Part shown: in pieces, positions 13,462 through 24,669 of the stretch
Layout: each line of letters begins with the position of its first letter
Position numbering within the stretch: the first letter of the stretch is position 1
Made by a program: the position numbers and the translations under genes
Notes under the pieces: generated by a model
Database searches by the model: none
The model's input: only the letters and a program-made list of their open reading frames with translations
What the model was told of the DNA's origin: nothing
From: the human T2T-CHM13v2.0 reference genome, Homo sapiens
Strand: one strand, 5' to 3'
Length of the DNA stretch: 64,000 nt
Assembly: GCF_009914755.1 (NCBI RefSeq)
Contig: NC_060926.1

Positions 13462-15821
13462 GTGGGACAATTCTCAGGCTTTCAGTTGGCTCTTGCTGTT
13501 GTTAACAGTGGGCACAATGGGCTGAATGGGCCTGTCCCCAAGCCCCAAAGTGATGTGTACAGGTGAGTGTAGGTGGTGGTGGTGGTGGCAGGCAGGACAA
13601 CTCCGTGCTCAGGTCCCCAGAAGGAATGTCCAGATGCCAGAGGTGGTTGATGAGGTGGAGTGATTATGAAGATGCTGAATGGCATGCTTGTGTGCTGACA
13701 GCAGGTTTTCTAAACCTGTTGTTAGGCTCTCTGTTGATATGCATGCATGCCTGGGGTTAATGATAGGGTGGGGTGATCCCCTGCTTCCAGGTGTCGTGCT
13801 TGGGCACTAGCACGGGTGGTGCTAAATGGAGAAGGCCTGGTATCAGGTTCTTCCAAAGGTGTGCATGGACATAGGCTGTGATGGTTGTGGTGAGGCAAGC
13901 TCCAGGCATCCAGAAGATATGCTATATCAATGGCCAACCAGTAGGTGCTCTGGGGCTGTTATTAGCTCCTTAGGTGTGTGTGCCTCTGGCAACTGATGAA
14001 GCAGGACAATTCCTGAATATGTTTGTGCACTGGGACTGGGGGCCAGTGCCAGGCCAGGCAGGCCTGTTCTCAGGCGCCCAGTGCTGTGCATGAGTGCAGA
14101 CTGTCATAAGCACAGTGGACCAACACCCATGCCCCAGGCAGTGTGTTTGAGTGGTTGTGTGGCAGTGAAGGCAACGCGTGGGGAAACCCTGTTTTCAGCA
14201 CGTGTGCCAAAACACAGAGGCCCTCCTGCTTGGGAGGACAGAGTTTCTATCTGTGGTAGCCACCCCACGAAGGTGGGTTACAAGCTCTAGGTACCACGTG
14301 CTTCGGTCCCAGGCAGCAGCAGTGGTGAGGGCACTTGCAAGTGTGCGGCAGCCTTGCTGCTAGGGTGGGGAAATTCTGGGAGGTTGCTGTCAGGGATAGC
14401 AGCCCCAGGCAGGGGGGTTTCAGGCTCTTCGGAGCATGCACTTGGGCTCCCTTTGTCCTGGGGGCAGCATCCCTGGTACACTGTACCTCCCTTGGCCCTG
14501 CTTGTAAGGTTCTGTGTGGGCTGAAGTGTTGAGGACCATTGCTGCTCTGCTGGATTTAACTGATGTCTCGCTGCTGCAGTCCCCAGGATATGAGGGCTCT
14601 TAGTGAGCCTCCAGAAATGTGGAGATGCAGGGGCTGTTTGGTCCCAGGGTAGGATGTAGTCTGCTGGGGGCTGGGCTTTCAAATTGGTGCCGTGCTGCAG
14701 TTGCCTGTTGCTCAGTGGGTGTGTGGGACCCAGCATGAGTTCCCACTCTGAAGCCAGTGCTCTTATGCAGATTCCAGGCAGCTCCCTATGCCAGTCCCAG
14801 GGCCTGTGGGAGTTGAGGAACTCTTCCATGACTAGAATTACAGGAGTCTGAGGTGAGAATGTAGGCCACTGGGAATCTCTCACCTTTTCCCTGCACCGAG
14901 GAGCTGCTCCAAATCTCTGGCTAATGCTGGCTGGACTATACACCTCTCCTCTCATTCCTTCAGTGCTTCAGGTATTTCCTGTCACTTATCTGCTGAATTT
15001 CAGCATTCTCTCTTAGGTGTTCTATTCAAAATGTGGTTAGCTATTGACTATTTTGGTTCTTTGTGGAGTTGAGTGTCCTGTGCCTCTAGTCAGCCATCTG
15101 GCACCCCTCTCCCATTTTTGTTATTTCTTTGCAAATTATTAACTCATTATCAAGGTCTCATTACCTTCCTCACTCTTTTGCCTTCTTTTCTTTTTTAGTT
15201 CTTTTCAGAGTTGATCCTGTTGAGCTTTATAGTACTGTTTTTCTTGACAGATCAGGGATAATGAAACAAGGTGATTGAAGATATCACCTTCCTCAGAAAG
15301 TTTGGTATGACAAATTCAGCTCCCTTATTTGTTTCACCTTTGAGCAACATTGCCCTTTGATCTAAGCAAGCACGGTCTCTGTCCCTGGGGCACAGGCCAA
15401 GACCATGGGTTTTAGGGGGCATTTGTCAAAATTTTCTAAGTGCTCTTTTAGTGCCTGGGACTGAGTAGGCCTGGCAGTGCCTTCCAGATGGGACACCCTA
15501 TGGCTTTATGTGAGCCTTCATTCCTCTTTTCCCTTTTGGGGTACTCTCAGACTTTCAAGTCTGTAACAATAGTGTTGACCAGAAGCCCAAAAATGTGAGA
15601 ATTTGATCCTGTGGGATCATCCCAGGTTTCTTGGGTCGGCCCTGGTTCTTGAAGGGCAGCCTGGCAAGTAGGCTTCTCCTGCTGGCTCATGAAGTATGTC
15701 TTTCATAGGAATGCATAATATTGGGCTACCAAAATGGAGGCAACATTCTGATTTTGGGTGACTAACTCGTGTCAGAGGCAAGGAAAGCTTATGGCTGTAG
15801 GCTACCAACATAGCCACTTAC

Positions 15822-16003
15822 CATTCAGCTGGAGCCATTTTTGTGGGCTATGCATTATCCCTCACTCATCCCGGTTCTGACTAGTGCTGTACCTCTGGTT
15901 GACAGTTCTCAAGGGTTGAGGCCACATTGAGGATGTCTGGGACCTCTATTGCCTCTGGTTGTGGTAGTATCATCAGACTTTCCTGGGCTGGTCTTAAGCC
16001 ATG
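15822..16003 (-). ncRNA. Candidate non-coding exon (182 nt)
   Basis: Minus-strand acceptor tctgtcctttgtccag| and donor ATG|gtaagt; stops in all three frames. Motif-based prediction only. Confidence 0.35.
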
Positions 16004-17039
16004 CTGGACAAAGGACAGATGTTGTTTTGAGCAAATAAAACTGTTCTTCTTGCTCTACTCCCAGGCCTCTTGCCTGTCCTTACTGTGGTGGGGTGTGGAA
16101 GGCAAGGTTGTGATATAACCAACATTGAAAGTGATCACATTCTAGAAATGATGTGATTATAGTCTAAAAATTTAAATATAAGATACGATTGGAAGATATG
16201 TTGTCCTATGTTTATGCTGTAAAATTCAAGACAGTAAATTTACCAGAAAAGCAATGATAACTCACATTTTCCTGCATACTATAAAGACTTTCATTTATAG
16301 GCATATCAAAAAAGCACAATAACAACTTTGAAGAAAGTCATTGAAAGCCAGTATTCATGGGAGGAATGAAGGATGATACAGTGCCATGAGAAATAATGTA
16401 ATTAGTGTTAAATAAATAGTACAGTGAACTGCAGAAGAAACAAGATCTATGTTCATTGATAAATAACCACATCTCATAGGGTCTCAGGAGTCTTATATTT
16501 TTAGTAAAGTTGCTTATATAGACAGGGAGCCCCACAAAAAACATATTTTCCTGGGTACCACATGCCATAGGAGTAGACTTGGCTGAGAGAAACAAAAAAG
16601 AGGACTTTGGAGTTGATGGATAATTCCTCGGCTTCTGAACCTCACCCTTGAGACTGAAATCAGGTATCTGAGAATTCTGAGGATAAACTGAAGCAGGAAG
16701 GACATACTGAAGACAATCTAAGACTGAAGTATTGCCAGGTGAAGAGCAAGAATTGTCACTGAGCAAAGCAACATCTTAAACAGGAAAGTAGTAGCTTACT
16801 TCAAGTCTGCTGGTTAAGGTAGGGCTAGAAATGCAATAACTAGTGGTAAAGTTGGTGGTCAGGAAGTTGGAAGCAGGTTGGGGCAAAGTGTAGTGAGCAT
16901 TTCATTTGCACAGATTAGAACTAAGACAAATAGTAGTGTGACCTGTGGAAACCCTTTTGTGTCAGGTCCGGCCAGGGGCATGGGGCAGAAATGGCACATT
17001 AGAGAAACCATGATTAGCTAAACATGAGAATTAAGACTA

Positions 17040-17152
17040 TCTGCTCTTTAAAGGCAGGAATTCGCTTTTATTTATCACTGGAACCACAGAATCTATCTCA
17101 TTGCCTAAAATCTAGCAAAAGCACAGGAAATGCTTGTGGGATGAATGAATTA
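17040..17152 (+). mobile_element. L2 3' end relic
   Basis: aaggcagg...aaatgcttgtgggatgaatgaat, the typical L2 terminus. Confidence 0.55.
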
Positions 17153-17561
17153 AAAAACTCAATAGAAAGAACAGGTTGTTTGATTTTGAGGATTAGAGAA
17201 ATGCAGAAAACACATCTATCAAAGTTTATTTAAATCTCCATGAGAATGTTCTCTTCCACTTAAATTAGAAAAAAGTGAGTCAACATAGTTAAATTGGAAT
17301 TTGAAATCATAGGAGGGAAAGATCAGCACAAGGGCAATGTCCTTCTATAGGAAAGTCAGGCTAGGGTTTTGTTTCTCCTGAAGGCACTCATTCTCACAAA
17401 AAAGATGGGACTGAATCCAGAGGTTGACTAGAAGGTAATGCTTTCTGTTGCTATTGGTGGGACAACTTTTCTTCTGGTTCAAGACACAAGAGTTAACTAC
17501 AACTTTCCATTATGGTCTCCTTTATGTTTCTCTTAGAGAGTGAACAGTTCTATTTTCATCA

Positions 17562-17583
17562 GTAATTTCCCCGGAAATTCCCC
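17562..17583 (-). promoter_or_regulatory. Tandem NF-kB-like sites
   Basis: The minus strand reads GGGGAATTTCC-GGGGAAATTAC; the first site matches GGGRNWYYCC exactly. Confidence 0.4.
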
Positions 17584-17737
17584 GGTTTCTCTGATTCTGT
17601 TGATAAGACAGAATCACACAACTCCATCTGGTCCTGCATCTGTGTGTCACCATCTGCCTGTCCCTGCAGTGGGAATAATATTGTTCTCAGCAGAGTTTTC
17701 TGTGCTAGCCCTGTAGATGTGGCAATCAAGTCCTCAC

Positions 17738-17863
17738 CTTGGATTCTGCTGCTTGGTGGGTCTGTTGTCACTTTGAGTTGTGTTTAAGTATTTATTACCC
17801 ATAGGATGAAGGTAGAAAAACTAACTGCTTATCTATTCTGACAACGTGTCCAAAAGTGAGGGC
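17738..17863 (-). ncRNA. Candidate non-coding exon (126 nt)
   Basis: Acceptor ctttccgttttctgtag|G and donor AAG|gtgagg; all frames closed. Confidence 0.4.
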
Positions 17864-18474
17864 CTACAGAAAACGGAAAGCTAAACAATAGATTGATCTG
17901 CATCCTAATTCCTTCCCTCCCTGCCAAGCCTATTCATTTACTGGTGGTAATTACAGGTTGGGATCATATTGGTCATGTCTTTAAAATTGATTTATGTCAT
18001 CAGCTAGTTAGTAGAAAGATTCTATGCAAAAACTTCTTTAAGAGCACATTTTCCCCAAACCTACTTTATACAGCACATAGGGAATGTACTTATCTTTATA
18101 GCTCTTTTGTCATCCACCAACTCTATTTTAGTCAATTTACATCCATTTAATTTATCTCAACACACACACACACAAAAGATTATTTTATAACTTACATTGT
18201 AAACTGTAGTATAGTATTTGGCTGTGATTTTACAGAATAGTGGGCGCCCCACCAGGTGGGCACTATTCACTATCTTGTTGTTGTCCTGGTAAGGCTCCTG
18301 TGATGTCAATCATTTACTGAACAATGCTTCCCTATGGGAAGCAGTTCATGGCTCACCCAAGGCATGAACAGCTGAAGCTCCAGATCTTCGTCTCTATACC
18401 CTTTCATGTCAATGAAAATAGAACAAGCCACTATTAATATTCCACAGGATGGCCCCTCTCTCCACCCATTTCTT

Positions 18475-18751
<277 letters not shown>

Positions 18752-19486
18752 TCTCCACCCATTTCTTGATGAGAATCCACACTCAGCCTTTTATCTACAT
18801 ATGCTACTTTCCCTGCCTTCTTCATTCAGCAACCTCTCTCCAGGATTTATTCATAATATACAGGTGTGCCTTAGAATTCACAGAACTTCATAAATACTAC
18901 CAAAAATAACATGCTTGGAAGCAGTAGAGAAGAGCACAGTGCTCACATGAACTAGTTTGGTAGTATAATTCCTGAATACTAAGATTGACACATACAAATT
19001 CTGTGGAATAACTGCCAGAGTCCACCCACAATCCTTACTTCACATTTGAAACCTGGCCTCAGTCCTGACATTCTACAAGTGTGTGTGTTGAGAATGAGGG
19101 CAATTTGGCTTTCACAAATGAAGCAAACACATATGTAACTATAGTGTTTCATTAATGCTATCATCAAGCACTTAATAAGGAAAAAATTGTTTTACCCGAA
19201 TTTATAAAATAAATTATGATCTCCAAAGAGTGTGCTGGATGATTTAAAATCAGAATAGGTGTAAATAGTAAAATATTGATTCCATTTAAAAAACATATAT
19301 TTGTTATTTTTGAATTTTCTACCAGTTAATTCAAAATTTAAAAATACGTGTTATTGAGACTTCTCTTTAATAATTCAGTATAACAAAATGATAAGGTATG
19401 ATATATTTTTTATCTCACAATTGATTGATTTTATTTTGTATTGCTCTCATTTGTATGGATCAGTATTGATTTTCTTCTTTTCTTAC

Positions 19487-19721
19487 CTCCAGTTTCTTCA
19501 GAGTTTATCAGAGTCTGGCTCAATGTGCCTTTCGGTGTCTCCTTGTTATGCACCATTAAGGCCGTCTCTGAGGCTGATTCAGGAGTAAGGAAGGATGTTA
19601 CTTGTCTGCTTTCAAGAAGGTGCAGTTATGTGTTCATTTTTAGGACATTTAGAATTCATGCTTCAGATTATTGTAGATGGCACATTGCAGAACCTGAAAC
19701 TGTTCATGTTGTTTTCACTCC
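19487..19721 (-). ncRNA. Candidate non-coding exon (235 nt)
   Basis: Branch-like actaa, acceptor tgctctgtttttgcag|G and donor GAG|gtaaga; no frame open through the exon. Confidence 0.4.
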
Positions 19722-19889
19722 CTGCAAAAACAGAGCAATTTAGTTTTTCCTGGTAAGGTGAGGTCTATTCGTCTTCTACAATTTCTGGGAACAGAAAATT
19801 TAGAGTGCATTTTTCCCCTAATTTTCTGACTGTTATAAATTGAAAGCAATATAACCTAAAGCAACACATTGAAAATAGATATAAAAAAT

Positions 19890-20150
19890 TGGCAGGCAAT
19901 ATAGTTTAACATTATTGAACACTTTTTAAGAACCAGGAACTAGGATGAGGGCATTCCATGGATTATCTAATTGATTCTTTACAGCAACCTTATTTTCAGA
20001 TCCTCTTCTTATATTAATTTTACAGATATGCAAATTGAGGCTTAGAGAAGTGATTTTCCCCATGGAAAATGGATATGGTTAGCATGACAGGGACTCAAAT
20101 GTAGGCTATCCGGCTCCACAAACACACTGTTAATCTCTATGCTATATAGT
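19890..20150 (-). mobile_element. MIR relic
   Basis: attttacagatatgcaaattgaggcttagagaag matches the MIR core. Confidence 0.65.
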
Positions 20151-21696
20151 TGCATTGAACAGTTGCCTAAGACTAATTTCCATAGTAGCTTGTTTAAGCA
20201 TTTAAACCACAAGAAATCACTTAACCTTGTTAAGTGACTTTAGACAGTTTTAGACCTTGGTAAAATCTCACTTACAGATATATTACTCTTATCATTTCCA
20301 TTTCCATTTCAACTATTCTCACAAAATATTTATATAAAACTAGGAAAATAGGGACACAATATGTAGCGTGTCTACACACACACACACACACGCATACACT
20401 AAATATTGTAAAAAGTGTGAGACAGTGAAAAGTATGAGAAAGTAAAAGGCCATATTTGAGAGTATGAGAAATTTTAGCATGTGAATATATATGAAAGAGA
20501 TGAAGAGATCAGTATCCTGTTGCATGCCTGTAACTTATGCATGCAACCTAATTGGAAACTTGTTAACCAATCACACTATTCCTGTTTCGATACTCCCTAA
20601 TACCAGTGTGTATAACTGTAGACTCTCAGACTTCTGTTGGGTATTCCCTTCCCTTCCAGTAACTTTAGGAAACTCCCAAATTGTCTAACACATCCTCAGA
20701 GCTGCCTCAAGTTGCTCTTGGCTTTATTGTTGTCCCTTCACCCTGGACTATATTGCTTGATGCCTCCTTTGGTTGATGTACTTCTCTCGCCTCTTGAGGG
20801 ATGCTTGTTTTTATCCATATTTCAAGGTCTAGGAAATTGGTCCTTTATTTGTTTCACAGAAGAAAGGCTTCTGTTTCACAGAAGAGAGGCTTGGGCACCA
20901 AATGGGCCTTGTATATGGCGCATTTGGGAACTCATTCCAGAATTTATCCAAACAGCTTTTTTAGTTATACTTACTGGCTTTTCTTTTTCAAGACACACTC
21001 CCCAGAATGGCTGGTTTGGGTCAAGTTCTGTAACAGCCACCAGGCCACACTGTAACTAATAAATCCCTTCAGAAATTCTTAGTCCAACTCACCATGCCTA
21101 AGGCCTTTTTCCTCCAAATTGCATTGTCTCCCAGGAACCCTAGAATACATCTTGTTAGAATCTCTTGGTTCTTCCTTCTTCTTTATGCCTAACTATAAGC
21201 ACAAATGTTTTGAGTTATTTATCAAGAGGATTCTATCCCCTTTGCAAATTAATGGATGCAAATAGGAATGGAATTTGAAGGAGATGAGTCAACTATCTAT
21301 ACATGCTTGTATATGGCCCATCTGGGAACTCATTACACTGTTAAAAGGTATTCTCTATTGAAGAAATCTGCTTATCAGCCAGTAAGGGGAAAAAAAAGAG
21401 GTGATTTATTTAACTACTGTATCTTGTTGCAGTATTTGTGCTTTTTAAGATTTTGCACAAATATTGCAACAAGATTCAGTAAAAATAAATTAGTAAAAGT
21501 CTTGAAGCAAAGACTTTTTGCTTTGCTTCAGATTTTTTGTGATGGTAAACGTTATTTTGAAGGGTCATTCTGAAGGGAACATGATACTCATGGTGAAGAT
21601 AGGCTTAAGCCTAAAATTTTTACTGAACAAACTTACTGCAAGTCTACCTCACTATTAATACATGAAAACTTTAGTGTTTTTTTTTTTTTTTTGTAA

Positions 21697-21834
21697 ACAG
21701 AATTTAGTGTAAGTTGAGTCTGACTTAAACCTCAACCAAGGGAGTGAAGTTATTGATATCTTGGCAGTCTGCTTTTCACTGCTTGTTCAGGCCCTTCTTA
21801 TTTCATGGCTGGAGGAGTTTTATCACAATGACAT
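21697..21834 (+). repeat. 138-bp local direct repeat, copy 1
   Basis: Aligns without gaps to 22730-22867 with 13 mismatches by manual count. Confidence 0.95.
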
Positions 21835-22729
21835 TTTTGCTGATCTAATGTCACTTCCGTCTTCTCAACTTTGTCCTAAAAGAGCTGCTGAGATAGTCGG
21901 TTTTTTAAACCAAAGTTACAAAATCAATAGTGCCTGGTAGATTATGCTCAAAAAATGTTTGTTTAATCCAAATTTGAATAAAAGTTTTAATTTGGTGAAT
22001 CAGAGTTGTGCCTGTCTCATATTTATCCATCTTCATATTCTTATTATTTCTCAGAAAAAGTTCTTCCCTCATTTCAATTAAACCCAATAAATTCAACTCA
22101 AGTAACCCAATCAATCCAACTGGTCCAATCCAATGAATTCTTTTTTATTCTACTTCATTCCAATAAGCCTTGCTGAGCACTTTTGCACACTAGGAGCTGC
22201 TTCATACATCTTAGTAATTTCCATTTTTAAATCTAGTACTCTTTCAATTTGCCCTGAATGTTGATTTATGTCTATCAACAGAAATTATTTAATTTTACAA
22301 CCTTGTGCAAAACTGGCTTTGTTTCAAAGGTTACCCAGAACCTTTAGGACTAACTAAATTTACACATGCCAGACTAAATTATTATTAATTTTTCTAATAT
22401 TTCTTAGTTTCTAAAATATTTTTCTTTTCTACTATCTAATCAAACTTAGTGTAATGATTGCTTTCCCTCCTTAGAGCCCTCAATAAGTCCTGAATAATTG
22501 TTGAATAAAAGTGGAAAAAAATTTTGTCCTGCTGGGAGTGCCATTGACTAGGAAAATGAAAAAAAAAGAAAGAATAGTATGATTCTCTTTTATACATACT
22601 AGCATTGCTTTCAGTCAATAGAGCCAAAAGTACAGAGCCTGGTACTATAATAAGGAACTAAGAATTAGAATAATTTACAACAGAATTTGAGGGTTTGTTG
22701 TGATATTTAGACACTAGAGTTTACTTTGC

Positions 22730-22867
22730 ACAGAATTTGGTGTAAATTGAATCTGACTTGAACCTCAACCAAGAGAGTGAAGTTACTGATATATTGGCAG
22801 CCTGCTTTTCACTGCTTGTTCAGGCCCTTCTTATTTCATGGCTAAAGGGCTTTTATCACAATCACAT
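22730..22867 (+). repeat. 138-bp local direct repeat, copy 2
   Basis: See 21697-21834. Confidence 0.95.
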
Positions 22868-22897
22868 ATTTAAAGTGGGCATTGTAATAACCAGCTG

Positions 22898-22982
22898 GAT
22901 TTTTAAATTTTTTTAATTTTTAATTTTGTGGATATATTATAATTGTACATATTTATGCAGTACATGTGATATTTTGATACAA
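22898..22982 (-). mobile_element. L1MA extreme 3' end fragment
   Basis: T-rich tail then attgtacatatttatgcagtacatgtgatattttgataca, similar to the L1MA ends at 5340 and 53720. Confidence 0.6.
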
Positions 22983-23309
22983 CCTATTGTCTGTTTAGTT
23001 CCAGATATTCATAGTGCTGGAGTAGGGCTGAGAAGCAAATTTGTGATTATAAAGGTCATTTTGAAGGGTCATCCTGAAGGGAACTCTGGTTTTAAAATAT
23101 TGAATGATAAATGTAACTGAAGAGTTCATTAGATATAAGATTAGAAAGGACAAGGAAAATTTATGTCTGAAGGAAGAAAATAAGAAATGTCAAGCCCATT
23201 CATACTTTCAAGTGTTGGCTATATTAAAGTTTGAAATGGTGATGTGATTATGAGAACCAGCTAAAATAAGCTCAAGAAATATTTTATGTGAATTTCTGTA
23301 CCTTCTTTA

Positions 23310-24270
23310 AAATATTTTGTTGTTATAGAAAGTTTTAAGCAGTTAATAAAGAAGTCAATAGTTCAGTGAACCCCCATTTTACTCATCGCCTAGATTTAAA
23401 AATTACAACTCACAGCCAATTCTTTTTTTTAAGCCTATATTCCCAGCTCTTAATTCTTTCATTTGTTTCTTAAATATTTTAATATGTACTTCTAAAAGGT
23501 ATGGACTCTTCTTATCATAAATTCAATATAATTGTCAGACAACATTAACAATACTTAATACTATCCACTGTTTATATTACTATCTTATAAATGTTTTGCA
23601 TTTTGTTCATAGTTTATTATTTGAATCACAATCCAAATAAGGTCTAGACATTGCAAATGATTGCCTTCCTTTCCCCCTTGTAATTCACTTGCTGCAGAAA
23701 TGGAATAGTTTTCTCTAGAGCTTTCTGCAATCTGGATTATGCTGATTGTCTTTCCATGATGCGTTTTACATATTTATCAGTCCCCTGTAGTGGCTGATTC
23801 ATCTGAATCATGTTCAGATTATGTGCATGTGTATGTGTATTTAATATATATTTTCTTTTGGCAGGGAGGCAAGACTAGCTTGTAGGAAGTGTTGTGTTCT
23901 TTCATCAGAATATGTAATATGTGGTTATCTTTTCTTTTTGTGATATCAACAACTATGGATGATGAACCCCTACTTGCGTAACTCATTGTTAAATGGTGAT
24001 ACTCCAATTCTAAAATTCCTTCTTCATTTATCAGCTACAATATTTCTATTAAGATAAACTTCCTTTCATCTACCTTTGAATTATTCATTGATACTATTTT
24101 CATAAGAAGAGAAAGATAAAGAATTAATCTTTTCATTTATTTGCCAATTTCAAAATAATGATTTGGTTTACAAGTATCCCTCCGTGGTGACCAGTTATTT
24201 ATATTAGCTTAAACTCTTGAGTTTAAACGATGTGTGTCAATTAATTAGTTATTATTCTTATTGATACACA
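23310..24270 (-). mobile_element. Old L1MC-type 3'UTR relic
   Basis: Recalled L1MC 3'UTR motifs (aatctggattatgctgattg, aaatggtgatactccaattct...ccttcttcatttatcagct). Confidence 0.55.
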
Positions 24271-24565
24271 ATTAAAAATATGCTTTAAATGTTGCTTTTA
24301 TCTTTTGGTGTCTCATTGAAGCACTTGGCAGCACCAAATGGGAAAAACGCTGTTAAATAAGAGTTGTGTACAACTTGCAGAATGTAGTTAGCAGAAGAGA
24401 CAACCTTTTCTTGCCTCCACAAAATTCTGTATTCATTCTTCTTTAGAACTTTGGAAGATGTTTTGTTTGTGTTAAAGGACTAAAACATCCAGGTAAGTAG
24501 ACATTCTTAAGGAACATCTACAACTTTTGGTAAAATATAAAGGCCAGAGCAATACAAATATTTTT

Positions 24566-24657
24566 TTTTTTTTTTTTTTAAAAGGACATGAGGATGATTT
24601 ATTTGGCAGTCAGATCTTAAGAGGGCAGCAGAACTAGCAAATGGCCAACCCTGAGCC
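24566..24657 (-). pseudogene. Tiny poly(A)-tailed retrocopy (mRNA 3' end or orphan L1 transduction); source unknown
   Basis: Minus strand: about 78 nt of unique sequence with AATAAA (24598-24603) about 18 nt before an A19 run. TSD caaatattttt (24555-24565) / caaatgttttt (24658-24668); TT|AAAAA L1 endonuclease site. Confidence 0.8.
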
Positions 24658-24669
24658 CAAATGTTTTTA

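Larger units (their letters stand above)
5320..15113 (-). mobile_element. Near full-length decayed L1MA-type LINE-1 (3'UTR, ORF2, ORF1, long 5'UTR), interrupted by L1PA2 and MER52
   Basis: 3' UTR near 5320-5770; ORF2 C-terminus 5769..6059 (FAATWMKLKVIMLSEISQ); continuous ORF2/ORF1 homology to about 11400; GC-richer 5'UTR ending ctagtcagccatctggcacccctctccc (reverse complement of an L1 start ...GATGGCTGACTAG). Confidence 0.85.

Noticed and set aside
11555-14955. Dense overlapping ORFs up to 222 aa
   Set aside because: They lie in the GC-rich MER52 LTR and L1 5'UTR on both strands; low stop density explains them and no domain is recognisable.
16338-16766. 142-aa minus-strand ORF in unique DNA
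   Set aside because: Non-ATG start, no recognisable homology, length attainable by chance.
17664-17737. Possible 74-nt minus-strand intron after the 126-nt exon candidate
   Set aside because: Near the minimum intron size with a modest pyrimidine tract and no clear downstream donor.
19493-19752. Alternative plus-strand two-exon reading (19493-19583 and about 19666-19752, both followed by gtaagg)
   Set aside because: Very short intron, weak second acceptor and unrecognised peptide; the overlapping minus-strand exon has better sites. Not fully excluded.
20519-20547. 9-bp stem gttgcatgc/gcatgcaac with TGCATG (RBFOX-like) motifs
   Set aside because: Short and largely self-palindromic; expected by chance.
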